A stretch of DNA of 64,000 nt from Vicugna vicugna (GCA_013265495.1 MU057809.1:436001-500000), one strand, 5' to 3'; positions 1 through 13,480 are shown, counted from the stretch's first letter. The notes: generated from the sequence alone by a model not told the origin. Translations and numbers: made by a program.

Positions 1-181
1 AGGTGCCCCGTCTCCAGGCCACTGGACCCTGTGTGTGCCCTCCTGGGGGGTCATGTGCTGTGAATGACCACAGGGACGGCCGAGGGGGGAAGGGCTGGGC
101 AGAGGCTGTGGAATTGTGGAGGGGCCCCGGAGTCCAGCACCTCCCAGCACAGTGGGATCCCTACCCCCAGCCCCGGGGCGT

Positions 182-1248
182 GGTCAGAATGTTCTAGAAT
201 GTCTGAGGCTTTGTGAGAGGCCTGGGGCCGGGTCGGGGCTGAGGGGACCCCACAGGGAGATGTGGAGTCCTACCTGGATGCCTACATCCAGGGCCACAGC
301 CCCTCACCCGCCCCTGCTTCAGGCCATCCCTGGGTGGGCCTCCCCTTGCCTCATTCAGAGCATCCTGCCTGGTGCACAGCTTCCATGATGAGCCACTGGG
401 ACTGGGGAAGCAGCCCGCCCAGGGCTGGCAGGGGGTGTGGAGCTGGAATCCGAATCCGGGCCATGTGGCTCCCACGTCCGCTCTTCCCTCTCCTCCCCTG
501 GACGCCAGGAGATCCTCGCACCTGGAGATCAGGAGTGACTGGACTCCCGGGGACCTGGCCTCTCGCACTCTCCCCCTTGGGCGGCAGGCGGCAGGGGCCT
601 CACACTCCTCCACCCGAATGCCCTTGAGTGAGCACCCCGCGGCCTCGGCCTCCTTGGCAACGGCGGGGAATCCCCAGGCAGCACGTGGTCCAGAGTGGGG
701 ATAGCGCGGAGCAGGCCCTTGATAGTGGTGTGGTTACTCCGTGGTGTCCCCGAAGTCCCAGGGTGCGGACCAGGGATTTTTTTGCGTCTTGGGGGCCTCT
801 GTCCAAGACTGTCACAGACTTCCCTGGGCAGGGGCCTCATCTGATTCATTGTGTGCCCCCAGCCCAGAGCCCGGCAGAGGTGGCCTCGCTGAATCTTTGC
901 CGGAAGCACCCAGCAGTGAGAGCTCACACTCTGGTTCATCCAGCTCAGCCTGGGGCCTGAGGTGGCTTCTCTGTCACCTGGTCCAGCCACTCCAGCTGGG
1001 TGGGGGTGGGCTGGCCTGAGGCTCGGTGGCCAGGGATGTGGGGGGGCATCGGCCAGAGGGCACTTGACCTCGAGAAAGGGTCTCAGCTGTAGCATTGGTG
1101 GGGAGCGCTGACTGCTGCAGGCCGGAACGTCTGGGGAGCCTCTGACAGGGTCAGTGTGTTCTAGAGTGTCTGAGGCCTTGGGAAGGAGGTGGGGCAGGGG
1201 CGGGGCTTAAGGGGCCCCACGGAAAGACTGGAGTCCTACCTGGAGGCC
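182..1248 (+). repeat. Diverged ~100-bp direct repeat pair (182-282 and 1149-1248)
   Basis: GGTCAG..TGTTCTAGA.TGTCTGAGGC.TTG...CGGGGCT...CCCCAC...TGGAGTCCTACCTGGA is colinear at both sites. Confidence 0.85.
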
Positions 1249-1819
1249 CAGCTGATGGGTGTAGATTAGACGCAGCTGAAGGTGATGCGACGTGTCTGGG
1301 GGAGGGTCAGAAGGGGGGGGAGGAGGGTGAGAAAGGACACAGGGCTGAGATGCCAATGGGCCTGCTCTCCAGGAGGAGCCCGGGGCTCTGGCTGTGGACA
1401 GCAGCGTGCCGTGCACTGGGTGGGGGTGCTGGGGAGGGCTAAGACGCCTGTCCCTCCAGCCCACCTCCTCCCCTCCAGGACCTTCACACCCAACTGCAGC
1501 CGCTCCGTGCTTCCCAGAACTCTCCGGCCACCCTGGTCCTGGCCTCGGAGGATCAGCTCCCAGCTCCCCGAGGGCATCCGGGCCCCTGGGGAGCCCCTCC
1601 TGTTTACCAGGCTGCCACCTCCTGCCCCGCCAGGCCACAGGACCCTCCTTGGCCATCGGCGAAGCCATCTGCCACCAGGGCGGAGAGTCCGGGGCCGGAG
1701 CTGAGGCGACAAGCTGGGGACGTCAGTGCAGTTATCAGCAGAAAGCGACATCTGCCTCCCCGCCGCCGACAAGCGGGGCCACTTAGCCCGTCCCCTCCTC
1801 CCTTTAGCTGCAGACAACG

Positions 1820-2340
1820 GCTCCCTGTATTATATTTTCTCACTCAATTAGCACTATCATCCTGCTGAAATAGAGGCCAATTTACCTATAATGACATCAT
1901 TGTTAGGGAAGCGGCGGGCGGGGCGGCCCCAGGTTGCCGAGACAGGTCCGTCTCTCTCCACTAACCCTGACAGGCGCGGCCGCCGGGCGGGGAGGCCCCG
2001 GCGCCCGGCGGCCCTATCGGCGGCCACCCCGTCACCTCCGACCACAGACATTGTTTCCGACAGTTCTCAGGAGCAGTGTGGCGGAAAATTGAGTCCAGAT
2101 TCATTAGGTTTTTCAGTGTGCCGCTCAAGTCAGTTAAATTGATACATTTCCTAACGAAATTGAAGTGCTTTGTGCTGCCAGCGGAAAGCCGGGTGACCGG
2201 CCTCGGCCCGCTGAGCAGGGGAACGGGCTGAGCTGACGGGTCCATTAGGCCGCTCCCAGCGCCGGCCCCCTCTCCCTCCGTTCCCGGCCCGCGCTGTAAA
2301 TCTCCGCCAATTTCGGGCCTAATCATCATTATAACCCTTC
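1820..2340. promoter_or_regulatory. Putative conserved non-coding enhancer with a CpG-rich core
   Basis: AT-rich blocks (CTCAATTAGC, GCCAATTTACCTATAATGACATCATTGTT, GTTAAATTGATAC, CCTAATCATCATTATAA) alternate with CpG-dense spacers; no repeat recognised; conservation is inferred. Confidence 0.6.
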
Positions 2341-2675
2341 CTCTGCCCGCTCCCTCGCCCGCCTGCCTGCCCCTCGCTCACAAAACAGCCTGCGATGCGC
2401 TCAGCGGCCGGCCTGCGGGGTCAGCATCCCTGTGGGTGCGATGGAGCCCAGGGGCGGGGGACCTGAGGGGCGGGGGCTCAGTGGAGGGGCCTCCAGAGTG
2501 GACTCTGTGCCCACTCCACAGGTGGGGAAACTGAGGGTAGGTGAGGCAAACCTAGAAGATCAGGGTGAAAGGGACCCTTCGGTCTCCAGCTTGATGGAAG
2601 TACATTCGGAAAGTCCGTAAGTATCACAGGGACGGCGTGATTCGGGTTTTTTTTCCTTCTTTTTTTTTAAAATTG

Positions 2676-2801
2676 AAATAAGTCAGAAATAGACAGACAA
2701 CTACCGTATGACGTCACTTACATGTGGAATCTAAAAAAAAAAGACACAAACGAACTTATTTACAAAACAGAAACAGACCCACAGACACAGGAAACAAACC
2801 T
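2676..2801 (+). mobile_element. LINE-1 3' UTR fragment (L1MA/artiodactyl-type)
   Basis: TCACTTACATGTGGAATCTAAAAAAA...GAACTTATTTACAAAACAGAAACAGACCCACAGAC resembles the recalled L1 3' UTR. Confidence 0.8.
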
Positions 2802-2929
2802 GAGACGCTTTCTTACGTACATAGTTTTTACACCCACGGACCCCCCCACCCCGATCCAGGACGGCCCAGCACCCGGAGGCCCTCGGCCCCCTCCCACTCA
2901 GGACGGCCAGTCAGGGCAACGGCTCTTCC

Positions 2930-3190
2930 GATTTGATCCGATTAGTTTTGCTGGATTTTGAGCTTCACGTCCATAGGGTCACACAGCGTGTTCTTTCTGG
3001 GACTGGGTTTTTGGCTGAATTCACCCGTGCCTGGTTCTTTTTCATTGCTGTGTTGTAATCCGTTTCATGAGGGTCCGCGTTCCACTGTGGTTTCCAGCTT
3101 GGGGCTCTTGTGAGTATTCAGTCTCCCGTGAACATTTCTCAAATGTGTCTTTGGTGCCATGAGCATCCATCTCTTCAATCTTCTCCTGCC
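2930..3190 (-). mobile_element. Old LINE-1 (L1ME/L1MC-like) fragment, antisense
   Basis: ATTAGTTTTGC...TTTTTCATTGCTGTGTTGTAATCC...GGTTTCCAGCTTGGGGCT...GTGAACATT, typical of antisense L1 3' region. Confidence 0.65.
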
Positions 3191-3789
3191 CACATTCCCC
3201 CTATGCGTCAGCCCCACTCCTCTGAGCTGGACAGCAGATCCGTGCACTGGAGCCCGCTCCCAGCCCCCAGGGCCGGCAGCATCCGAGCCCTGGCTGGGCC
3301 CTCCCCCTCCTTTTTTCCAAACCCTCTCTCCTAGCGGGAAGGCCGCTGTGAGAAGGGTGTCTAGGTGCAGCTGAGAGATTGGCTACTTCATGGAGACAGA
3401 GCCAACTGAAGGTAACGGGGCCAGGTCTCTCATTTTCAAAGAAGGATGATACAAAATGGACGGGGAAAGCTGTTCTGCGCTCCGCATTGTGGAGTTGGAA
3501 TTGGTTTCGTGACAGGTAGATGGATAAGGGAATAAACATGAACGCCCGTGTGCATGTCCCCTGTTCTGCGTGTCCCCCAGGAGGCCTGCACACGGCAGCG
3601 TCTCAGCAGCAGTGAGCACCCCTGTGCCCAGGTCTTGGCTCCTTACCACCACCCTCTACTGGAAGGAGCAGCGGCTTCGAGGCCGGGGCCGGGGCAGGAA
3701 GGTGGACGAGCCCAGCACGTCTGCTCAGGAAGCAGGGCCGCGCTCAGTACGTGGGAGCGTGTCCAGAGCCAGCTCGAAGGGGTGCCTGC

Positions 3790-4210
3790 TAGTCAAAGGG
3801 GGACCATTTGAGCATCAGATAAATAGCAGGGTTATAACGCATGGAATGGAATAGTAACCACAGGCCCACGTGATGCAGATAAACAAACAAACACGCCGGA
3901 GGAGGGAAGGATGCGGTTTGAAAATCGCCACCATCAACCATCACAGTAATAGTCGATTCCAACAAGAACCAACATTGGATGAGGGACGCAATTTTACATA
4001 GCTTTAAAGTGTCGCCCCATCTGACCTGCGTTCACTGCTCATGAGGGAGAGTGACTTTACGGTAGAAAATCAGGCAGATCTCGGGGAGCCTCACCAAAGC
4101 TGGGACAGATCTGTATGTGCCCTTTTGTGACACCCCAAGGACACAGCATCACCCTGTGATGTTCCTGCCGAAAATGCATGTCCTTGGTCTCACCACGAGG
4201 AATCATCCGT
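3790..4210 (+). mobile_element. L1MC-like 3' UTR fragment
   Basis: GGGACCATTTGAGCATCA...GGACACAGCATCACCCTGTGATGTTCCTGCCGAAAATGCAT matches recalled L1MC3/4 3' UTR motifs. Confidence 0.7.
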
Positions 4211-5719
4211 TTCTTGAGGGCATCTGGCCCATATGAACCCCTGGGCCTTTGCACGTGAGGTTCCTCCAGATGTCAGTCTCAGGGCATCTCCTTTCCGAGG
4301 CCTCTCCTGCTCCTCAGCCTGCCCCCCTGACAGTAATTCACTGTGGACTCTGTTCAGTCCTTGTCACCCCAGCAGTCAGCTCTGTCCTGACCTGGACCTC
4401 ACCATGCTCCCACAGGCCCACAGACAGTGGATGTCAGTAAGACTGGAGAGGAAAAGGTCCCACTGCTGGTGGAAGGGCAGGACTGGAGCACAAGCCCTGG
4501 CCCAGCCTGGTTCTGGCCTCACTCTGGGGCTGAAGCCGCAGGTGGGGGTAGTGGGAGTGCTCGGCCATCAGGGGTTCCTGATGCCTGGGACCTGTGGGAC
4601 CTGTGCCTACAGGTTCCCGCCGTGGGGCCTGCGGGACGGTGATATTCTCAATCACCAAGTCCTGGTGGGGGCCGTAGGTGGTCTGAGCAGCTCAAGGGGG
4701 CCAGTGGGAGAGGTCCTGGGCCCTAGGTGGAGAAGCGCTGACACTCAGCGCCCACAGCCCGGCCTGTCTCTGTGCCCAGTTTTCTCCCAGCCTCAGCTGG
4801 CCGAGATGTCTGGAGTCGTGGAAGAACGAACGTCTCCGAAGATGGGGAAGGGCAGGGTGGGGGGCTTCCCCACCTGACACAGGGTCAGACCACGGACAGC
4901 CCACAAGTGACCTCACACCCAACAGGAGTGTTGAGGGGACTGTGCACCTGCGGTTACGGGGCGCCCGACACGCGGCCAGTGCCGTCCAGGTGCGTGGGAG
5001 GGGTCACGTGTGCACCAGACCCGCAGCTTCACGTCGGAAAGAGTAGGATGGAGCACCCCGGGTGCTGTGGGTCACCCCCAGGCCAGCCTGACAGGGAGGC
5101 ATTTGGTGGGGGCCTGGGTGTTAGGCTGGCCCAGGGCGTGGCTCCGGCTGCTTCGTGCAGCCTGCAGGCAGCCAGGGTGGGTGGGGAGCAGGGGCCTGGC
5201 CTGGCCTGGCCACCCTCCAGCCTCATCTCTGCTCCTGAGGGTGTGTGCATCTGGGGCTCCCCACCACTCCAGCCTCCACCAGCCCCAGGGAGTGTTAGGG
5301 GTAGAGCCAGGCACCTGCCAGCCCAGATGGTTCTGCCAGGCCTGGAGAGGTCAGGACACAGCCCCAAACCCCTGCCTGCTCAGAGTGGCCCCCTGGACAC
5401 CCACCAGCCAGATCTGCCTGGAACCGAGCAGGAGCTGCCTCTGTACAGAGGATCCTTGGGCTGAGGCATGGGGCCTGGGGTTAGACCCATCTCAGCCCAG
5501 GCCTCTGTTTCTCTGGTCAAAGGCTTGGGGCTGGACACACAGGCCGGTGGCTCGGGAGGGTCCTGGGGGAGCCCAGGCTCCCTGGGGTCAGACAACCAAC
5601 AGGGCTCCCTTCTGATGAGCTGGAAACCTGGTAGGTCTGGCCTTGTGTCTCCCAGGCCCCAAGCTAGCCTGGCAGAGGAGCCCTCAGGCCGTTAGCACGC
5701 CCCTCGCCCAGGCCCCGGG

Positions 5720-5890
5720 TAGACAATGTTTACAGGCGAGGCCCAGATGGAAATTTACAGTGTCTAGCAGAGAGCCTCTCGCCTGGGTTCCGGCTGGACA
5801 GGGCAAGAGGACAATATTTCCCATCGAAGGGAAGTGCAGAAGCTCTTAACAAATCGATAGCTGCATTCAGTCAATAAACCACCGAGCTTG
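5720..5890. promoter_or_regulatory. Small enhancer-like AT-rich island
   Basis: ACAATGTTTAC (SOX/FOX-like), AAATCGATAG (CUT-like) and CAATAAAC in a GC-rich background. Confidence 0.35.
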
Positions 5891-6344
5891 TGTGGGAGGC
5901 GGGAGCCCCGCCCCCGCCCGCCCCCTTCTCTTGGGCGGGGGTCGTCGAGGAAGCAGGGGCTCCGGTGGGCATAGTGGGGGCGGCAGGGGCCCAGCCGGGT
6001 CCAATCCAACTGTGCCGGGGGGCCCTTTGGAAAGAGTCAGGGGCTTCTGAGGGTCTGGGGGCAGCGTTGCTGGTCTGGGGCTCACATCTCACCTTCCAGC
6101 TGCCACCTCCCCTTTCCAGCCTGGCTGTAGGAACAATCTCTCTGGGCCCCTGGCGTGGCTCCCCCAACCCCCTCCACCTCCCACCCTGCTCCCTCCCTGG
6201 GTTCCTCCGGGGGGCCCCCCTGCCCCCTCCCCAGATCCCAGCTCAGTCTGACCTCCTCCCCACGAAGTACAGGCTCCTTCCTGCTGGACCGCCAGGAGAG
6301 GTCCCGTCACACCCACACGGCCACGTGGCGGGGGGAGGGATGGC

Positions 6345-6810
6345 TTTTCAGTTGTTCAACAGACATCTTGGGGGCTGACCCTGGGCCTGGTGCTGTCCTG
6401 GGATCGAGGATGCTGCGGTGGACAGGAGTGAGCGGGGGAGAGACACCGGGGCTCGGTATGTGATGGAGGAGGGGGTGCAGTGAGGTGCACGGTGGGCAGG
6501 GAGGGGCCCTTGGGAGGTGACACTGAGCAGAGACAGAGGGACCATCTGGGGAGGGTGGGCCAGGCAGAAGGGCCGCCCTGCAAGGGCTCCAGGTGTAGGG
6601 GAGATGTCCCCAGGACCGGGGAGGGGGCTTGAGAGGGAGGGGAGAGGGAGGGATGGAGGAGAGATGGGGATGGAGAGAGAGGAAGAGAAGTGAGGGGGAG
6701 GGGGTGGCCCATTACTGAGAAGGAGGATGACCAGGAGGGGCATTTGGGGGAAGGAGGGGTGAAAAGTAAGAATTCTGTTTTCCTGCGCTCAAGTTGGAGA
6801 TGTTTTGCCA
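6345..6810 (-). mobile_element. L2 fragments, antisense
   Basis: TTCAACAGACATCTTGGGGGCTGACCCTGGGCCTGGTGCTGTCCTGGG resembles the reverse L2 3' end; AGAATTCTGTTTT...AAGTTGGAGATG lies downstream. Confidence 0.5.
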
Positions 6811-6854
6811 CCCAGGAGAGGGACTGAATCCGCCACCTGCGGCATCGCTGACTT

Positions 6855-7150
6855 GCTAGAAGCCATGTTAAAAAAGTCAGATCCAACAGGGAACGTTCAT
6901 TTTAATGGTATTTTGTATTTAACGCGACACATGAAGAGCAGCCTCGCCCGAGCGTGTCATCTGTGTGAAGAGCACCGGGAGGAGCTCTCCGTGTGTGCCA
7001 TCTCTGGAGCCGTGTGCGCGTCCTCAGGACCACACAGCCGTCATCCCACCAACATGGCGAAGCTCCGTTTAGTCGGGGCGCTCCTGCCTCACCCCAGACT
7101 TTAAACCTAAGTCACGTTAAATACAATGGGACGTTCAGCTGACTGGCCAC
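6855..7150 (+). mobile_element. MER3/MER33-like hAT-Charlie non-autonomous DNA transposon remnant
   Basis: CTAGAAGCCATGTTAAAAAAG...CATTTTAATGGTATTTTGTATTTAAC resembles the recalled MER33 consensus. Confidence 0.6.
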
Positions 7151-9279
7151 AGTCCAGCTCCTGCTGCCCCGGGCAGAGCCCAGCAGACAGTCAAGGGTGC
7201 TTAAGGTCACAATGGCCTTTCCCTGGGAGAGGATGGCTGATGGAGGAAGGGCCGAGGCTGAGGCCGGACTGTCCCAGAAGGAGGGGGCAGGAGCCGGGAG
7301 GGGATCCCTGGCGGATGACCATGAGCAGTGAGGAGGCAGGGTCCACTGACCGGGTCAGAGGCTACTGAGAGGCCAAGCATGATGTGGCATGGGAACTGAC
7401 CGTCACTGGCCACCAAGTGAGGGCTGCTGTGGCCGCGGGGCCCGCAGCCAGAGTGCAGAGGGGTTCTAAGATCAGCAAGTCCGGCTCCTGGAGGAGTTTG
7501 CAGCAAAAAAGAGCTGAGAGATGGGGGAGGGGCTGGTGTGGTCTGGAGCTGGTGTGTCCAGTCCTCCCACTCTCCGAACGAGGCTCTTCCCCAGCTCTGT
7601 TCCTTGGTGGGGCGGGGTTCCAGGACATCTGAACGCGCTTTCCTCTCCATGCCTGGGTAGGGGTAGGAAGCCTGGGTGTCAGGCTGACTGGGCATCGGGA
7701 CCCCGGGGTCCTGGCCTTCCTGAGCCTCAGTTTCCTCCTCTGTCTGTTGGGCATCGGGCACCCTGGAGAGCTCGGGAGCAGCCAGGGAAACTCGGGCTGT
7801 TGGCCTGGCTGCAAACTGCAGAGAGCTGTGTAGGAGCTCATGCGCATGGCTGAGCAGTGGGTCTGCCCAGATCCAGGCCTCCTCCATCCCCTTCCCTTGC
7901 CAGTGGCAGAGTGGTGGGCTGCCTGCCCGGCCGGCCTCAGGGGACACCACGTGGCCAGGACGTGGCGCTCAGACTGCTTTCCATCTGGTGTGACTTGTCT
8001 CTCTCTGGACGCCCCCACCTCCTGTGGTTCCTGACCCCTCCCCTGCACAGTGAGGAGGGGAGGACACATAACCCCAGGGCCAGCCTGGCCTGGTGATCCG
8101 CCCAGGGCCCTGCTTGGACATCTGGGGCCACACTGCCACCCACAGGCCCCAGAGGAACCAGGTGGGTTCTGTGCCTTCGGCACCTCCATGCCAGCAGGCA
8201 GGGACCCCAGGATGCCCCAGGCAGCTTCCTTCCCGAAGTTCCAGCCCCCAGGACTGAGGAGCTGGGACCCACGCTGTGGAGACGCGATGGGCAGAGGAGT
8301 GTAAGGTCGCTCTGGACGTTGGAGCATCCGTGCAAGCCCCTCCCAGGGAGTCTTGGAGGCCGGGCCCTTGTTCCGTGGAACTCCTCGGTGTGTGAAGCAC
8401 CGAGAAAGCAGCTGTACCGAGATCTCTGTGCTTCCGGTCGAGAGTTCTTCCTCTGTGCTGGTGAAGCCGTCTGGTTCTCAGCAGAGCCCGGAGGGGCCCT
8501 CCCACGGGCAGAAATCAGGCCTCTGCCACACACAGCCCAAGCCTCACCCGCTTTGTTAGAAACCGGCACCCGAGAGGGGAGGGGAAGGCTCAGGGTCACA
8601 CAGCACGTGGAGGCCCCACTGCTTAGCTCCAATTTTGTCCCCGTTTCACGGATAAGAAAACCAAGGCTTCCGAGCCCAGGCTGTGCCCTGGAGCAGTGAG
8701 ACCCCAGAGGGCCTGCAGCCCCCTCCATCGGGCCTAGGAACTGCAGAAGCCAGACGGCTTGTCCGCTTGTTGCCCTGGAGATGCAAGGGGAGCTGCCTCC
8801 TTGTCTCAGTGCCAGGGCCTCGCCAGGCTCCTTGACACCCGTGTCCAGCCAGACACGGATCTGGTAATTAAATAGGGCCGTTGTGATGCCAGCTCCAGGG
8901 ACCCCATCCTGGACTGGGCTGGTAGGAAATCACGGATCCTGTGGGCACGGCCCCATGACCTGGGAGTCTGCTCTGCCTGCCCGGAGGGGGCACACAGGGC
9001 CCACCTGAGTGCCCGAGCCCCTTGAGCTGAGCAGGACCCCTTGTCCCTGCAAGCCTCACAGACCCAGCAGGACGCACCATGCCCACCTGGGGCAGAACCT
9101 GTGGGCTCCTGTCCAGACCCGAGTCTGGGAGGCAGGCCCCGGGACAGCTCCCCTTCCTTAGCAGAAACCGAGGGCACCCAAGGATGTCCTCCTGGCTGGG
9201 TTAGCCGAGGCCACGCTCCCGAAGACACTGAATCTGCAAATTGGCAGGGGCAGGGCGAGGCTCAGACACTCTTTCAGCT

Positions 9280-10230
9280 TCGTGTCCATCTAATTAGCCC
9301 TGTAATGCCCTAATTCTCCCTAGCACGGGGAAGCCCCCTGCCCGGAACCCTCGGCCCTTCCCAGGCTCCCCGGTCTGCGCTCCTTCCGCCCTCCGAATGC
9401 AGAGATGACTCTCCCTATCAAAGTGTGCGATGAAAGCAGCGAGGCCCATTTCTTTTTTCTATTTTGAATTCTGTTAACTGACAATTTAACCTAAAATCCT
9501 CTGTATTTCCAGCTTGTACAGCTGTAAATAGAGACTGACAGTTTATTTTCACGTCCCGGCTTGTGGGGGGTGGCGGTGGAGGAACCCATTTGAAATAAAT
9601 ACTTGCGGGTCCCTGACAGACTCCAGACGGGCCGTCCACGCTGGCTGGCAATCTCCGGGACCTGTCACACTCTGTGATCCGTCTTTTTACAAACACAAAC
9701 GCTGCTGATTTCTTATCAAATGTAAAACCGGCCCGGCTCTTTCTTAAATGGTTACCACGAGCATGAAATTGACATTGTGAATCACATGTGACACTGGCTT
9801 GTCTGCGCTGTAATTGATCGGTGCTTAGGACCGGGCGCCGGGCTGCCCCCAGCCCCCCAGCCCGGCCGCGCCCCCGCCCGCTGGCCAGGCCGAGCCCCAG
9901 CCCCCGCCAGCTCCGTCAGCGGGCGAAACCTCTAAGAAGATGCCGGATCTGTGTTCACGGTGGCCTCCCCCCTCCGCGATCCTCGGAGGTGTCAATTCCA
10001 ATTTCCACGGCTTCATCATTACGCACATCAAACGGCTGTAATTGGCTGCTACAGAAATTTATCCTCCAAAAGGAGAGAGGGGCAGCAGAGGAGGGAGCTG
10101 CGGAGGACGGGAAATGGTGGCGGTAATGAGATTTTGGAAGCTGCAGTGCCACCCCTGAGGTTGGCAGGGAGGGAGAGGCGGGCACCCGCTCGTGCTGGCT
10201 AACAAAGCACCGTTTGAAAACAAGTCTGGC
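9280..10230. promoter_or_regulatory. Large putative conserved enhancer cluster
   Basis: CTAATTAGCCCTGTAATGCCCTAATT, ATCAAAG (TCF/LEF), GTAAATA and ACAAACA (FOX), TGACAG (MEIS/TGIF), CTTATC (GATA), TAATTGAT, TAATTGG; non-repetitive AT-rich island. Confidence 0.7.
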
Positions 10231-13200
10231 AGAGTGTGGGTGTCACACAGCCGTCGCGCACTCACAGCACCGCTCCAGGCGCAGCCGGCCACCTTCCACT
10301 GCCGCCGCGGCCACCGTCGCCCTCACGGGGACTGTGGGCTGCACTCGCGGCCCCTGCCCCCCACCTCACAGTTTGCACAGCTGGAGACACCCTTCCCAGC
10401 ACGCCCGCCAAACACCTGTGATCGCCGTTCTGCAGAGGGGAAACCGAGGCCCAGAGCGCAGGGGCGGCTTGTCCAGGGTCCCAAAGCCAGAGCACAGGGC
10501 CTCCTTTAGGGCTCGGCCTCCAAACATCACTTGGGTCACTGTGTGACCCCGAAAGTATGTCTGCATCTTGCCGGCCTCCCCAGCCCCGGAGGCGGCCCAC
10601 CCTTTGTCCAGCGGGGACGGCCGACCCCCAGGCTGCCCATGAAATGTGAATTGGTTTTTCAGGCCATAGATTTTCTGGGGCCTCCTGGGGAGTGAGCCAG
10701 TCTGTGAAGAGACAGAGCAAAGGCCCCCGCAGGGCCCCTCCTGCTGCCCTTCCGGGCTCTCCTGCCAGGCCAGCTGCTCGGAGCTGGGCTGCCCTTCTCA
10801 CGTCTCCCCGGCCCCACCGGGACCCGCCTGACCTGGCGGCCCTGGGGACCAGAATCCCCACGGCCAAGCAGCTCCCACACTCCCTCCTCTGGGCCAACGC
10901 ACGGTCCAGCAGCTCCCCGGGCAAGGGTATTTATGTCTCTGTTTTTCCATTTGCATTTGTGACTGATGAAACAATGATGTTAAATTACACGCGCAGCGAT
11001 CATGCCTGCGGCTGGCAGGCAGCAGCCTTCCTGGATTGCAGTGACGCAGCCAGCCTCCCGCAGCCCGGCACCTCGCCAGGGCTCCCCAGCTCACACGCAG
11101 CAGGGAGCACCGCCCGTTTTCCAGGTGGGGAAACTGAGGTCTCCCGGTCGGGCCTGCAGCCTAGATGTCCAGCCCCACACACCCTCACAGGCTGCCTGAA
11201 CATCTCAGGAAGCCCATTTTATGGCACGAAGGCCTGAAGCTCCTCAGGCCTCCTAAGTGGGAAACCCACGTCCCTCCCGCCTGCCTGGCTTATTTTTCTC
11301 ACATGGGTGTTGCCAGGGGTCCAGGCAATGGAGTGTTTACCTTTTTGCCTTGGGCCCTGGGAAGCTCAGGGTCAACCACAGTCTGTGGCACCCGTGGGAC
11401 TCACTCCTGAATGCTGACCTTCTCTCCATAGCCACTCGATGGAGTTGTGGTGGCTTTTTCTCACTATTTCAAATCCTTCAGGGAACGATGTGACTGAAGT
11501 TCAGTGAAGGGGTGGGTCTGGTGTTGGGGGGCCTCCATGGGCCCACTTGCTGTGTGCCCACCCCAAGGGCTCTATGCAGCACCCATCTCGGGGCTGGTGT
11601 CAGGGCAGGTGCCTCGATAGGAGGGGAATTTGGTGTTGCTGGGAGTGGTGGGGACCTACTCTGGGCAGCTCCCCAGCACACCACAGAGAAACTGTGGGGT
11701 GATTAAAGTCCAGGTCAGCAAACCAGTTCATTTCTTTTGCCATTCTTGATGGAGAGCAGCCGCCTCCAGCACTGTGTTAAGCAGGATCCTGTGGTCCTGT
11801 CTGTGAAAGAGGGCCGTGTCCTCTGAGTGCTGCCTTCTGCTGGGCGCCGGGGTCGTTGGTCCTGCTTCGCTGACCACCCGCCTCCCCAGGGCTGCTCTTC
11901 CCTGTCCTTGTGCAGAGGATGGTCTGGGGCGCTACCAGCGGGGCTCAGAGAGGCCGGCCCCCCAGCACCTGCTGGGTTTCTCGTTGCAGGCCTTGAACGT
12001 GGGCAGCTGAGGCCACCTGTGAACAGGAATCTGAGCCTGAGAGGGGCCCTAGAGATGGGGACAGCCTGTGACATGAGATCACCAGACGTGAGAGGCCCCC
12101 CAAAGCAGCGAGGGTGGGCCAGAGCTGGGCTCTGAGGGACCCCTGGGAGGTCCAGGGGGAAGAGGCTCGGCACAGGGCCATCAAGGGCAGATGGGCCCCT
12201 GAAGGGATGGGCCAGTGCGGGAGGGTGAGCTGTGGTGGGATCCGGGACAAGCAAGTGGCCTGTCAGAGCCTCAGGGCCCCCGGCCGCCTCCTCTGCTCCT
12301 GGAGAGCCACACGGTGTCTGGACGGCAGCTCCTGGCCTGAGCATCCATGGGGAGAGGGGGTTGCCTGGAGGCCCCTGTCCTGGGGTGGGGGCCCTCTGCC
12401 AGGGGTGCCCCACGGCAGGTCAGCATGGCTCAGACAGGCAAAGCATGAGTGTCCTTACCTTGCCTGGGGGTCTCCAGACCTCAAAGCTCTGCAAGGAGAT
12501 TTTCCTACTCAGGCCTCCAATGGAGGTGCTGAGACGTGAACCACCGAGGAACATGGCCAGTGACTTTCCCTGTCTGCTCTCCTTGACGACAGCGGGGGCT
12601 GGGCTGGGCCAGCCTGGGCAGAGAGGCTCTTAGGGTCTCCACTCTTCCAAACGTCCCTGCCCATCCCGAGAGGCTCAGAATGGCTGGGGTGAAGAGCAGG
12701 CCTCGGTAAAGCCATGCTAGCCTGGCTGGACAATGGCTCCCTGGTGGACGCAGAGGCCAGAGAGGGGCGGAACCTGCCTTGGTCGCACCGCCAGAGCGAT
12801 CTGGACGCCTCCTGGGCAGGCAAGAGGGGCGCTGGGCCCATGGCATCTCCTGGATGTGCGGGTCCTGGGCCGCCGGGCTCTCTCTGGACGCCTCCTCTTC
12901 CTCACCCCTCACTCGGCAGTGCAGCTGAGACCACAAGACCACGGGCGGTGGGTTCTGCAGAAAACACCTCCTGCAGCCTCTCCCCTCCCTCCGAGGCTGT
13001 GGCCATGGGAGCTAGGGCCAGGCATGCCATGCTACCGAGCCTAGCTTCCTGGCTTCCCCGGCCCTTCCTCTAGCTCCTCCTCCTGGTGGAAGCCCAGCGA
13101 GGACTTCCGCCCGAATACTCTGCCCGCAGGCAGTGAGCTGCTTCACTGCCCAGACCCTGGGGTGGCAGGGTCCTTGGACAGGGCTGGGCCAGGCCTCTCC

Positions 13201-13279
13201 TCGCCTCCCTGTGGAGCCACCCTAAGCCGGGTGAGGCCGGGCTGGCATCTCTGAGTGAGTGGGAAGGGAGGGGGAAAGC

Positions 13280-13480
13280 CAAAACTTTAAGGTATATGAA
13301 CTGTGAAATTAAATCGAAATACTCAAATAAAGAATCTCAGAACAACATAAGCAAAGATGTTTACCAGGGCTTGAAGTTAAATACAGATTTTTTCATAAAC
13401 CCAAACACAAAATGCAATAAAGTTCTGTGGAATGTTAAATATAATTTACAGTGGAAAGAATGTTCTTTGCCATCATAAAC
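13280..13480. other. AT-rich island, probably a decayed transposon fragment
   Basis: Sharp drop in GC with A-rich composition; family not recognised. Confidence 0.3.
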
